Shown here piece after piece: positions 12,703 through 27,000 of a stretch of DNA of 64,000 nt. Source of the DNA: Antedon mediterranea (lineage: Eukaryota; Animalia; Echinodermata); the NCBI RefSeq assembly GCF_964355755.1, contig NC_092671.1:36280304-36344303 (forward strand), written 5' to 3'. The translations under genes and the position numbers were made by a program. The notes below the pieces were generated by a model. The model was not told the DNA's origin and did not search any database. It saw only the letters and a list, made by a program, of their open reading frames with translations. Position 1 is the stretch's first letter; every line of letters begins with the position of its first letter.

Positions 12703-12894
12703 TTTGTTTTTCTTCATCTGAAAAAAAAAGAGGGCGTGCTTGAAAAAATGTAATCAAAACTTTGTAAGCGTGTCCTACAAGAATTTGCATTTTCTTTTAA
12801 CTTATTTAAATATTTGTTGTTCTCCGGTGGAGAGCATGTGATTATTAGTGCTCTTACTTTACGAAAGAGAGGTGTACTGTATTCACTTAGAAAC
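12703..12894. promoter_or_regulatory. Putative bidirectional promoter for INTS10 and the NEK kinase
   Basis: Only 192 bp separate the two divergent ATGs. The INTS10 start context AAAATGGCAG is YY1-like. Confidence 0.65.
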
Positions 12895-15800
12895 ATGGCG
12901 AACAAATTCGAAAAAATACGTGTAATCGGAAGTGGCAGTTTTGGCCAAGCTTGGCTCGTCTGCTCAAAGCAAAGTAAAAGAAAATATGTTGTAAAAGAAA
13001 TGCAAGTAAGTAATATGACAGAAAAAGAAAGGAACCAAGCATTAAACGAAGTATCAATTCTTGCCAGGCTAAAACATAAACACGTTATTAGGTATCGGCA
13101 AGCTTTTGTTAACAATGGAATGCTGTGCATTGCAATGGAGTATGCTGACGGGGGTAAGTATGTGCACCTATATTCAAACGGATATTTTGTTTACAAATTT
13201 AATAAATGCAATATGAGATTTTAAAGTTCATAAATTAAAATGTATTTTAATAGGATTTGAATAGATACGATTGGGAACTTTCGTTGTCAACGTAAAGATT
13301 CCTTGAGTACTTTTTGTATTCGAATTGTAAATTTGTGCTCAACAGAAAGTCATTCGAATAGAAAACGTTGACAACGAAAGCTTTTTCGTTAAGAACAATC
13401 TACACGCTCAAAATACTCCGTTAAAGAAGTACTCAACGAAAAAACTGTACTCAACGGTGAAAGTCTAAATCGAATACGACAAATCTCAACGCTCAAAATA
13501 ATCCGTTAAAGAAGTAGCCTACTCAACGGAAAAACTACTCAACGGTCCACTCGAATAAAAATAAAAGACAAAGTAGAACCCCTATTAAAAGGACACCTTT
13601 GGGACCAAGGATTCATCTTAATAAAGGGAGGGGGATCAGTCTTTGGAAAGGTATTGGTTGGCCGTGGTGTTAAAACATACTGCATGCCTTCATTTATTTC
13701 ACGAGAAAATTGTCACCTCAACAGAGGTGTCCATTGCATATTGAAATCAGTCTCCTCGAATTAATGTATTAATGAGGTACTTAACTTACTGTAATTAAAA
13801 CAGGTGATATGGGCGTTATCATTAAAAGGAAAATTGAAACGAAGACTTTAATTCTTGAACATCGTATCACAGATTGGTTTGTCCAGATTTGCTTGGCCCT
13901 GGAATACATCCATGCTTTAAACATACTTCATCGAGGTAATATAAACTTTACAAATGTATTAAATTTCTTAAGCTCGGTCTACACTATCAAACTTTGTGTG
14001 ACAAAAGAAATGTTATGGTGCCCATGGGCATATCACTACCATATTTGGGCACATCAAAAACTAAAACTAGTTTGATAGTGTAGACAGAGCTTAACATAAT
14101 GTTCAATTGAAGTAAAAATAATATTAGTTAAATTTATTAATTATCTCGTTTTTATTTCAGATTTAAAACCACAGAATATATTTGTAACTTCTGATGACCT
14201 CGTAAAAGTTGGTGATTTTGGTATCGCGCGCATTTTGAGAAACGCAGACGAACATGCATATACAGCAATTGGAACACCATACTACCTATCACCTGAAATA
14301 TGCTGTAGAAAATCGTATTGTCCATTTTTTTTTTTTTCATTTTAATTTAATTCATGTCACTATGTTCAATGTCTCCACATGTTCATACTATTTTACTGTG
14401 GCGGAAAAAAGCTCCACACATGAGCTCCACACATGAGCTCCACACATGAGCTCCACACATGAGCTCCACACATGAGCTCCACACATGAGCTCCACACATG
14501 AGCTCCACACATGAGCTCCACACATGAGCTCCACACGTGAGCTCCACACATGGCAAATTAAACACGTTTAAAACCTAAACGTTACACTTTATATTGCTCC
14601 AAATGTTTAACAATCAACACGTTACTGCTGTGTTGTGTTGGGTAGCGACTAACCATGTTTTTATATCATGTGATGACATTTTAGTACTGTTATTTCTCTT
14701 TTAGAAAGCACATTCAACTGTTTAAAAAGAAACGTCTGAATTTACATTTAAAAATCTTCCATATTAAATTGAATTTTCTATTTTTAGATACAATCAGAAA
14801 AGTGATATGTGGGCTGCTGGTTGCATACTTTATGAATTATCTACACTGAGGCATCCATTTGACGCTACAGATTTCTCATCACTAGTCGTCAAGATTTTAT
14901 CGGCAAAGTTCAAACCTCTCAGTCGGTTAGCAAACTTATTTCCAGCTAAAACTCTGTCTACACACTATCAAACTAGTTTGAAAAAAAAAAAAGGTGTGAT
15001 GTGCCGAAATATGGTAGTGATATGACATCACCGTGTGCTAATATGGGAACATCACGTTTTTTTGTCACATAATGTTTGATAGTGTAGGCTCGACAAAGCT
15101 TAAGCAATTTCTTTTTCTTTTTAACTCTTTTGTCACTAGCTTCTCTTTTTTTACTTTGTTTACTAAAACATCATCTCTTTCGTCTTTCTCACTTTCACTT
15201 TAGTTTATCCCAGTTTCATTTCTTTTTCTTCCACAACTTATTTAACTCTTTTATCACTAGCTGCTCCTTTTTTACTTTGTTTACTAAATCAGCATCTCTT
15301 TTGCCGGTCTTTAATTTACTCCAGTTTCATTTCTTTTCCTTCAGTGTGTACGGGCCGTTTTTGAATGATCTTATATCCGTTCTGCTGAGTGTCAATCCAA
15401 ATGATAGACCGTCTGCCGAACAAATCCTTCGAACTCCCGCCATTCAACGGTATCTTGCAAAGAAGAGCGATGGCAGCATGACGTCAGCGCGTAACAATGC
15501 GTCTGAAGTTGGAGTAGTTGTTGATGCATTGCAGCAAAGAGGCCAACAGCATTTTGTTTCCAAAGAATCTCCAGAAAACCAGAAAGAAGTAGCCAAAACG
15601 TTGTCAACTTCACAGAAACGTAAAAGTTCCGGTCATTCAAAATTAAAGAGTTCTCGAGACAATGCTCCACCACAAGTGGATGTTTACAATAATAACCATG
15701 AAGTAAATCTTCCTAGTGTAGTTTACAAAGAAGTTGTTGGGCGAAATGCATCGTGTGGTAACACGACCAACAAACCATCGCGTACTCTTGAAAACATGAA

Positions 15801-16914
15801 TTCCTCATCAGACCACGAAATAAAAACACCAAAAATGAGAAAATATTCCGTAAACAGAACGGGGATTCATTTAGGAGTGAGCAGAGGTACAAGATGTGAT
15901 GATAGAAGAATGCTCACTCCTACAATATATTTAAATAAGGTAATATGACGTTGATTAACGTGGCACGTTTGTGTCGTTACGGTTTTTGTTGATTTCGTCA
16001 TCATTTTTTATTTCGAACTTCTTTTTCAGGATGACGTAGTGCATCAGGAATCGCCATCCATTGTCGTCGTCAACAGATTTATATCATCAGAGGCCAGTAA
16101 ATGTTCTTCCTGTTCGAAGACTTCGCCAAAGAATTGTAAACGAAGAATTGAGCGTCAAACAAAGAGTTCGATATCTGACCAGTACTCGACACCAACTAGA
16201 GAATTGAATGCTACGAACCGTAAATCGGCAAGTCTACAGAAAAGTTTGATAGCGGCAAATTCAAGGAGTCGCTCATCTTCAGGTTCGAATGTTAGAAGAG
16301 CTACTACAAGGAAATCCGATATTAAACACACTTCGGAAACGTCAGAACAAAACTGTTATTCTACTAGCTCACTACGTTGCACTGGTGAGGCAGAAGAATG
16401 CATAGATCACAATAGTGATCTGACGTTATCTGATCTAATGTCAGATGAAGATGTCAAGTTCGTTGAAGTAGAATCGGAGGGTGACGTTTACAGTTTAGAC
16501 TTCGTGCCATCCGGTTCCAAGATGCGCGCAGCAGGTAGACATATGCATTACGAAAGACAAAACGACAACGATAAAGAGAATATTGAAAACACTATGATAC
16601 ACGATGGAAATGACCGAATTACCGATATAAACGTCAACAACACTAAAGGATACACGGTTGAGCAGATGTACTTTTGGGCGCGTAAATTAACGCACTGTGA
16701 GCGCGTAGATGCCAGTAAGCTTGAAATGCTGAGGCGGTTTCTTGAGAATCGGGTTCCGTTAATCAAGTTAAAGGCTATTCGTTGTATACTCAAACAAGGA
16801 GACCTACAAGATGATGATTCCTTGATGTTGGTTATTAAAGAGGTCCTGGGAAATCATATTAATGTACTCCCGTTAGTTTTAGAATTACATTTCATGGAAT
16901 CAACGCTTGGATAA
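12895..16914 (+). CDS. NIMA-related (NEK1/4/11-like) Ser/Thr kinase, 6 exons, about 720 aa
   Basis: Exons 12895-13153, 13804-13935, 14161-14314, 14788-14925, 15345-15939 and 16030-16914 join in phase. Motifs [46 protein letters not shown], plus a NEK-type C-terminal helical region LEMLRRFLE...EVLG. Confidence 0.92.
13255..13555. mobile_element. Dispersed TIR-like repeat (family also at about 5830-6020 and 31690-31950)
   Basis: Shared tttgtgctcaacagaaagt...gaatagaaaacgttgacaacg motif in both orientations. Confidence 0.55.
14410..14551. repeat. 13-bp unit minisatellite (gagctccacacat, about 11 copies) inside a dispersed repeat
   Basis: Direct inspection. Host repeat copies at about 18870-19110 and 22490-22850 carry a single unit. 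Confidence 0.95.
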
Positions 16915-16946
16915 GATTTATACAAATACAGAAACGAGCAGTTTAG

Positions 16947-16997
16947 TACCGTACTGACGCGGGTATAAGTCCCATACTCTGGCGCGTCAGTACGGTA
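16947..16997. repeat. 51-bp hairpin / mini Tc1-mariner-like element in the NEK 3' UTR
   Basis: Perfect 15-bp arms taccgtactgacgcg and cgcgtcagtacggta; TA-CCGTA termini. Confidence 0.7.
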
Positions 16998-19900
16998 GTT
17001 ATAATTCATTCCTACACAATTTTAGTATTGTACAATAACTTAAGGCAATTAATAGTATTGTTTATATATTTACGTATAAATTTACATTAATTAAAAATAT
17101 TAAATTAATATATCAAATTATAATTGTATTGTTATTTCATTTGTAATTTATATATAAATAAAATTACAAATATCACAATTTTTTATATTTTATAATTAAA
17201 ATATTGTATCCGTGTTATTTATTTTATGAAAAGCTTTGTGTATTTTGTCTATATATAGAAAATAAATTATATTTGTATTTTGGGTTTTATTCTTATTTAA
17301 AGTTTATATTTAATGTGTACAAATAAATGATATATTTATTAACTTGTTTAATGAGTTATGTTTTTTAGTTTAAAGTTGTATTTTCCCAAAAAAAAACATG
17401 AAAAATGAAGATTTATAAAAAAAGACTTTGAATAGGCCATTTCGCAGTTAATTACTTCCATAGAATTAAAAAAAACACAAAAATAATATTTTCACTTATA
17501 AAAAGACAAAAAAAACCATTGAATTTCCGCAAATTTGACTTGTTTTTTTTTTTTTGCTTTAAATTACAAATTCTTCAGGTAAATTTTTGGTTTCGATCTA
17601 ATTTTTGGTAAAAGTGAATAGCTCTTATGGGACATCAAACAAAAACATTTTGAAAAATGTATCTTTAATGTTTAAACGTAAATATCAACAAAAGCCATTG
17701 CAAAAAATAATTGCATTCAATACTCAAAATGCATACCAGATTCTTCATTACGGTCTGCATTAAGGAATGTGAATAAAAACACACAAATCCATTCCATCTT
17801 CAATAGACTACCAAGCCTACACAATTACTACAAATCTAATATAGGTTGATTGTATAAATTAATAAAAACGTATCCAATGCCATAAGTTTGAATGAAATTA
17901 TGTACAGGTCTGTGAATGGACGGGCTATAATGACTACAGTAAGTCTAGCGACAATACTTCGCTGATACACAGTGTGTTAATAAGAGAGCACTCGAGAAGT
18001 ATCTTTTCGGACATATCACACTAAAGGTAGGATGATATAATTACAACAACAATTACTAAATTGTAGGGTATATAATAAATAACTAGTATAATGTTTTGAG
18101 TTATTTAAAATTTAAATAATTCATAAATAATTATTTAAAATGTAAGCTTTAATATATTACATAGAAATGTAGGCCTCCTATATCCAACCGAAAATAATAG
18201 AAATGGTGTTATTTAAGGTATAGAGAACCGCTCCTTTGGGACACCCCTTTTAAGAGTGATGGGTTTGGGGGGGGGGGAGGGGTACTCTATTTAGGGGGAC
18301 ACTTTTGTGGTGTTCTACTGTATATCCAAAAAAGGATAAAAATAAAAAGCTACTATAATGATATATAAATTATATTATATTTAAGTCTCCACAATCTCAA
18401 GTTGACAAATATGTTGCGCTGGTGTTTAAAGCTCTGTCTACACTATCAAACTTTATGTGATGTGCTCATATATGGACATGATGATGTCATATCACTAGCA
18501 TATTTAGGAATATCACTACCATATTTGGGCAAATCACCTTTTAGTCAAACTAGTTTGATAGGGTAGACAGAGCCTTATGGTACGTATTATTTAATCGAAT
18601 GTTAGCCTTGATATTTATGAATATTTTAAAGACGCAATGGCTAATAAGTTAAATACTGTATAATTTAATAGAAATAACTGATTTAATATTATCAGATGCA
18701 TTCGTTTTCTTTCCACTTTCACAAATCTGAAGTGCACTTGTCAAGTATTGAAAACGATTGAAAGAAATGCATGATCGTTGAGTGACGTGCATGCACTTTT
18801 GATGCGACAGATCACAAAAATGCTAACTTAAAATAAGATAAGGCTACACTTTTCGTGTAAGTACACTTCTTAGTGTTGTTGTCGTCCACTCGTTTAGCAG
18901 TCAACATGTCACTATTATGTTCAGTCAACATGTCTAGGTACCGTACGTGTTTAGCGTTGCGTGCATAACGATTTTACTAGTGAAAAGCTCCACACATGGC
19001 AAATTAAACACGTTTAAGACCTAAACGTGTCTCTACATTGCTCTACATGTTTAACAATCAACATGTCACTGATGTGTTGAGGTGGATACAGACTGCAGAA
19101 CCTAAATAATGTTTATATCTAAATATGTTTAAGGCTAAATGTTTGGAAAAAGTGGGTACAAAATACATGTTTAAGATCTAAACACTATTTGACAGTTTAA
19201 CATTGTCACATTGAAATACAGATCAGATGTGGAATATAATTATTAATAGACACAATGTGAGGTTATGCACCTGTTGTATCGAGTGTAACGTATTAGTGGG
19301 TTATTCAATGTGTCGTATACCCATAATGACAATCCTACCCGCTGAGCCAAATAAGATAAGCAATAATCCCAAAACTCAAACATAAAAACAAGAGATCTGG
19401 GCTACTATATAAAGTTGTATCTCTCATTAAAATAAGACCTATACATTATGATTGTGGTAATTATTATTTGCGATATGTATTTATTCAATATATTACAAAC
19501 ATTGTTATTTGGAGAGCGATTAGGCTATGTTTAGCAAATACATGGCATATTGGTTCATCCATAACGAGTAAAGCTCTGTCTACACTATCAAACTAGTTTG
19601 ACAAAAAAAGTGTGATATGCCCAAATTTATGGTAGTGACTGATATGCCTAAATATAGTAGTGGTGTGACATTATCATGTCCATATATGGGCAAATTATAT
19701 TTTTTGTCCTATAAAGTTTGATAGTGTAGAGTTTTAGCCTGTCATTTTAGTATGAATTAAATGTTTACTATAATATACATTTAAAATACCCTCCACTATA
19801 GTGAGCGAGTCCAAGCAACTTGGTTGTCGCGTATGCGCGCCTATCATATTTGGGCGATTTCACTTGATGTGTAGGGAATATTTTTTGCCAATTCGGACAA

Positions 19901-22900
19901 TCTTTTGATTGTATAAGCGCTTTATAAATCGAACGAACAACAACAACCAGTGCCTCATTGAAATAGATCTATGATGTGCAATTAAAAATCACAGCCCCTT
20001 GGACAGATTTCACCAGCCATTGTAATCTTGGTAATGTTAAGCTCTGTCTACACTATCAACCTTTATGTGATGTGCCCATATATGGACACGATAATGTCAT
20101 ATCACTACCATATTTAGGCATATCACCACCATATTTGGGCACATCACAGTTATGTTGTCAAACTAGTTTGATGGTGTAGATAGAGCTTTAGTTATTAGAG
20201 GGCTATCAATTTGTTAAGGAATGAATTGTTAAGAGAAATTCCGTTTTGAAATAGAACCCCAGTAGCCCAAAGCTGTTAAGCGTAATATAGTTTACACAAA
20301 TTGCTGTCTGGGGTAAACTCACACTATATTTAGCATCTCCCTGACATTACCGTTATATGTACTCACAAAATCGATAATCAAGCCCGTTTAGAAAATTAGA
20401 AATCTAATCGATTCCTTGAAGCAGAATGGGTACTGCAATCATTGTTGAGAGTAACCTTTGATTGAAATAAGCATTGAGCTGCGCGGATCAATAATTAATA
20501 AGAATCGTGACAAAACTAGACCTTGCGATATTCCACATATTCCACGTGTGCATTGAAACACGTATAGTTCTAAACGGTAAAGACTCGTACACCAAACAAA
20601 CAATGCATTTGATGTATGTAGTTAAGTATTTTAATTAATATACAATTAGATTTAGAGGATTTAAAAAAAAATAATGTTAAGAAGTAAATACTTTGTATTA
20701 ATGGTATGATACGAAAGGTTAAAATTATGATATCAATGAGGAAAAACAGAAAATAATGAAAAAAGGTAGAAAATTTTTAGAAATTATGTAATGAAATATT
20801 GAATGATTAAAGGTGGTGGTGAACCACAAAAGATGAAAAAAAAAAAAGACTCGTTAAAGTTGAACTTACATAGAATAGGCCTACTATAAATATTTAGTCT
20901 TATTGATTTAATTAATTTCTAAAGTACAATTGTTATAACTGAAAAATCTCACGATGATTCTTTGCATTCAATTCAAAATTCATAATTCATTCATAATGCT
21001 AAGGCCTATATGTATTTGCTTTGAACGTTATGTAGTGCAATACTAATTTAACCAATTTCATAATACGTGCACTGTAATTATTGAAAAATAGTTTAAACTT
21101 ATTCTAGATCAGTGTAATGTTTCAAAATATATATCAAATTTTTTGTATATTTTTTTTAAATTTTTACGAAAAAGGCACGTCATAAAAGAATAAAATTTGA
21201 TGTACATTTCACACTGCATTGTAATTCGTTACTTTTTTGGTATTCACGAGCCTTGAACTTTCATATAAAATAAAAATCGTCCAAAATAATTTAGCACAAC
21301 AATATCTCCACAATAATAATCTAATCTAAGTTGAACAATTGTCCATTTTTACACTTGTGCTAAACAGCGCATAGATACTATTTTTAGTTTGCGCTATATA
21401 TTTAAAACCATTAAACCATATGTTTTCACTCACTCGATGTGACTCGAAAGTTATACCAATGTGTATTGGTCGCACTAATCAAAATGACTATGTGCATGTG
21501 AGTATAAGTTCGACTGCTGCGCCAAGCCTGAGGCTGCATACAATATGAGATGTTATCATGTTGTATCGAACTTTCTTAGTATCGCAAGACATACTGAAGC
21601 GTAAGTAGGCATAATCATCGCTATTAATCACAACCCCAACCCCTCCTGCTTCCACCCTTTATGACGTTATCTCACTTTCTTTCAATTTTAAAGCTTGTGG
21701 CCGTGTTCACCATTCACATTTAGGCTAAGGAAAACACTTAGGCCTACCCTTAAAATTACAAAAATCTCCTATCTAAGTAAATAAGGACATACTTAAATAT
21801 TTATCAAGTTAAGTAAAATACATAATATTTAAGGGAAATATCTCACTTAAGTGTGATTGGTGAATGATAAGTAAATTATTTGACCAAAGTAATTTAACCA
21901 ATCAAAAGTGATGGATTATCCGAACTGTTGAGTGTTATTGGTCAACTTACGTTGCGCTTACAGTACCTCCTTGCGTTGCGTAATGCTTGGTTCCCACTAG
22001 AGACGCAACACAAGGACGTAATGCAACGTAAGTGAGTTGACCAATCACAAACGATGGATTATCCGAACTTCCACTTGTTATTGGTCAACTCGCTTACGTT
22101 GCTCTTACACCTTTGTGTTGCGTCAGTTGTAACCAAGCTACGTCCTTTTTAACTGTGTCATGTACATAGCACTCAAGTCCATAAGAAGAGCAAAAGTTAA
22201 AACTAATGAATATTGAAATCAAACCATCAACTAATCCAATACATTATTGACATAGCTAGAGGAGTAGATAGACCCGTAGGCGACAGATCATGTTTGATGT
22301 TATACAAAATAATCGACTTCCATTTCACTTAAGTCTTCAAATTGACAGAACAATATATTGCGTTGCCATTTTTCTCACTTCCATACATATTAACGACAGA
22401 TATTAAAAGTGCAATTTATACTGTACAACATAGATTAAAAAATACTATAAATTGAACAAGATAAATTATTACTGAATCCACTATTTCCACGTTGAGAAGC
22501 TTTTAAACACGTAGTTACATGTTTAGCGTGTTTAAAACCTAAACGTGTTTATAGCTACATGTTGTTTTCTTCCACTCGTTTAGCAGTCAACATGTCATTA
22601 TTAATATGTTCAATTTTTCCACACGTTTAGCAGTCAACATGTTTTGGTACGTGTTTACCGTTGCGTGTATATGATTTTACTGTGGCGGAAAAAAGCTCCA
22701 TGACACATGGCAAATTAAACACGTTTAAAACCTAAACGTGTCTTTATATTGCTCCAAATGTTTAACAGTCATTAATGTGTTGAGTTGGATACAGACAAGA
22801 ATTTCACTGGAACCTAAACATGTTTCTAAAGACTAAATGTGTGAAAAAAGTGTATATCAGGATTTGGCGTACGTTTTCTTAGAGACTACCGGTAGTACTT

Positions 22901-24080
22901 TGACCCTACCAATGGCCTGTACGAGTGACATGCCCGAAAGCGCTATATTATATACAAAGTAATTATAGATAAATGTTATTCTATTTCCACACTCGCCATG
23001 ATGAATGATCTAACCTATATTATCACTGACGTCATTTATCATAACATACATTTACAGCCTTCAGTGTTGATAACCAGGGGATGGGGGATGGGGTAATTGA
23101 TTGACGATATTCTCTTCAATCGGCTTATTGAAATAACTTGATAAATTATCAACATTTATTATTGTTCAATAAGATCTCAAGAAATAAAATACTTTATATT
23201 TTCCTAATTAATCATGTTTTAAATGTAATCAAGCAGCTCAGATAATACAGAGGAACCATTTTAGATTCGATCCAATTATTTTATTTAAAATTTCATAATT
23301 ACTAAATCAAAGCAGCTATCTAAAATATCTCGATTATGTACACAATAATTATCTGATATAGTTTGGCCGTGTTTCAAAAATATTCATCGTTGGATTAAAG
23401 TAGGGCATCTGTGATTGAATCAATGCTCGCGCCATTGGCAAAATACACTTCGACAGAATACGCAGAACAATTTAGGTGGGCAAACAATAATTATTATTGC
23501 CAACTAATCCCGCGTTGTCATAAATACTAAATAAAGCATGGTTCCCATTAGAAAGCAACGCAGCGACGTTTTGAACGCAAAGTGATGTATTGCGTAATCA
23601 CAAGTGGGAACCGACGACGCAACAGTACTGCAAAAAAACGCAGGTTTGATTTCACGCAGGTTGGGGAAAACACAATTATTAGAAGGGCATTTTCTTACGT
23701 TGCGTAGGTTGCGTTACGTTGGGTCGCTAGTGGGAACCAAGCTTTAGACACAACGCAAAGACGTAAGCGCACCGCAAGTAATTTGACCAATCACGACGCG
23801 ATGAATTCCTGAACTGTTGCTTGTGATTGGTCAACACATGCATTGGGCCTACGTAGTACGGTACGAAATATTGTTAAAACAATATTCGGTAAATTAACAA
23901 TTACGTAATTTATTGATCAACGAATTGATTTGATCCTATTTTTTTGCTAAAATTGACTAATTGAGAAGCTAACTATCTGATCACCAAGCAACGATACCGT
24001 TGGTTGACTAACTGCCTGACCAATATTGAATGATTTTTTTTTTCTTACAGAACGTAGAATGAAGTTAATTGCATTTTAAA

Positions 24081-27000
24081 ATGACTAGAGGGCGCAATAC
24101 TCTTCTTTTACCCTATCTATGTATCTTTGTTTTAATTTGGATGACGTCATATACCCACGCAAATCAACACAAGAAGAGTAAAAAATGTAAATTAATATCA
24201 AATATAAAATAATAATTATTATTATGCTTTCATAACCATTTTGTTTATTAACCACTTTAATTCCATTTCTTCTTTGTAGCATGTGAGTATATGCAGACGG
24301 GCTTAGAGATAAAACACAGACAAAGTTTTACTTCGCCTGACGATCCATGCGTTCGCTGTATGTGTAAAGTAAGTAACGGTTAAGTGTTGAGACACACTAG
24401 TTTTCTTTGCGATTGGAATTAATGTGTATTTCAATAAACAATTTTTTTTAAAGTGACGCCAATTTATCGGCTATCAAGTTTCGATTAAATATACTTTCAG
24501 CGATATATTCCGAATAAGTCAGTATCACTGAATACAAAAAAAAACTCTGATAGCGCAACACAAAATGGAATTAAGAGTTACAGTGTGCAGTCCATTATGT
24601 CTTCTCTCTTTTTAGAATGGACGTTTAAATTGTAAAAGGCGGGATTGCCTTATATTACATTGCAATGTACAAGTAAAAGAAAAGGGTGAATGCTGCCCAA
24701 AATGTGCAGGTGATTGCTCCCTCTTTTTCAACGTAACTCTACCAATCAAGGCAATCTAACAACAGCATGCTGATCTCCGGAGATCAAAGGGTTTATATGT
24801 GGCTGCGAACCGATCAGTTCCACGCCCCTTAACAAACACCACGTGCTGAGGAGAACATGTACATAGTATATACAGTACTGTTGGTATTTGTCGCAGCCAG
24901 ACATAAGATCAAAGGACTCTTACGAGTTTCTATCTTGGCAAGACGAGCTTAGTGCCCTGTTGTTAGATTGCCTTACTGTAGCCTATTTAACGTAACCAGT
25001 CAGAATAATGAAAATATAATGTTTCTTCCTGTAGACCAGTGAAGAGTGTCACATAGAATTTATATACTGTTAAATTCAATTAAAGTTTATTCATTACAGA
25101 AAATAGTGAGTGAGCTTGCTCAATTAAAGTATGTTCTATTCATTTCAGAAAAGGTTATTAAACCGAATGTAAATGACACATCAGAAACATCTATACGCGT
25201 TGAATTGACACTTCCACCACCGCCAGTTATTCCCCCTCCCCCGCCGTCACTTGGTGAATTCATAATAACAGAGCTTCCACCAACTGTTCACAAAAGCGCT
25301 ATTGGTGCTGTAAGTACACCCGACCTTCAAATTATTCAACTACCTCCACCTCCCATTACACCACCTCCGCCTCCATCACTTGTGACGTCAATGCTAAGCA
25401 TTTATGGTGTAAACTACGTTCCACAAGCAACTGAGTCTACGGAACAATCGATAACTGAGGTAAGGAACAAAATTACTGACTGACTGCTTCAATAATGTCT
25501 GACTGATTCACTCACTCATTCAATGACTGACTGACTGACTTAAATGACTGACTGACTGACTAAGAGTGATCCATGACTTACTGACTGACTCAATGACTGA
25601 CTGACTTACCCCAATGACTGACTGACTGACCCAATGACTGACTGACTAACCCAATGACTGACTGAATGACCCAATAACTGACTGTCCCTAATGACTGACT
25701 GACTCAGTGAATGAATGAATCAATCAATCAATGAATAAATGACTGACTGATTCAATGAATTAATCAATTAATTAACGAAATACTTTTCGTTAGGTTGTAA
25801 AAGAAGAAATACACGAATGTAACATTATCAAACAAAGTTGTGTTGGACCAGGTCCGGAAAGAGAACCTGGTGAGTACGGACAACCAGGGCCAGCAGGACC
25901 AATAGGAAAGAAGGTAATGTCAAATACGATTACATTTTATGTGTAGGCCGCCTATACTAACTATAATTTGTACAATTATTAGTTATAATGTCATGACTGT
26001 GTAGCTTTATTTAATCCATTTCATAATACTGTACAATCTACATTACAGGGCCCACCGGGAAGACGGGGTAAGAGGGGTGATGACGGACCACCGGGTAAAA
26101 GGGGAAAGTCTGGTGAAAGGGGTAAACCGGTAAGTGTGACGACGATCGGATGATAATCAAGTCAGTTTCGTGTAGGCATCTATAACATGGCACATACTTA
26201 CCGTTTAAATAAAATTAGGATAACATTTTAAATAATTAACACTCATTTGTAATGCGAAAGCTCTGTCTACACTATCAAACTAGTTTGACAAAAAAAAGTG
26301 TGATGTGCCCAAATATGGTAGTGATATGACATTATCATGTCCATATATGGGCACATCACAGTTTACTGTCGCATAACGTTTTATAGTGTAGACAGAGCTT
26401 TAAGTAGGGTAATTATTTTTATATATTTCACGTAGGGTTTGCCAGGAAAGGCTGGACCACCGGGAGAGCCAGGAAAAGACGGAATACCGGTACATTAGTG
26501 TTTCTGTTGTCTGTTGTGTTTAGTATTTAGAACAAGGCCATATACATGATGGCTGCAGTCGCGTGCTCAAGTTAGTGTTTACCGACCGACCAACCGACCG
26601 TCATAGTGGGCTGTAGAGTGTAGACTAACAATGACGAGGGACGTCAATGTTGAAAATCACCTTCTAAACTAAGAAATTAAGTCATACCGTGAATAAAATA
26701 AATACTTAATGTATCCATGGTCAAAAGTAGTCGTTTGGAGAGGAGGCAGTTGGTTTGTTGTGAAAAAAACAAATTATTATTATCTAGAACTATTTCTTAT
26801 TCTTATTATAGGGTTTACCGGGGATACAATCTGCAACAGGACCAGTTGGTCCCATGGGTGAGCGTGGTCCACGTGGAAAAACAGTAAGTAAGGCTAAAAC
26901 ATTATCAGCAAAACATAATGAATTCATGCTATACAACTAATGGTTAGGCCATCTGCCTATAAAGGAGAAAGTTCCGGGTTCGAATCTCGGTCGGGGTAAC

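Noticed and set aside
14410-14551. CRISPR-like array
   Set aside because: Head-to-tail repeats with no unique spacers, in a eukaryotic intron; the same applies to the other arrays.
14315-14787. Possible U12 intron in the NEK gene (donor GTATTGTCC)
   Set aside because: Does not match RTATCCTT and has no TCCTTRAC branch point near the acceptor.
17000-21450. Hidden gene in the long intergenic stretch
   Set aside because: No phase-compatible exon chain found; the content is AT-rich sequence plus MITE fragments.
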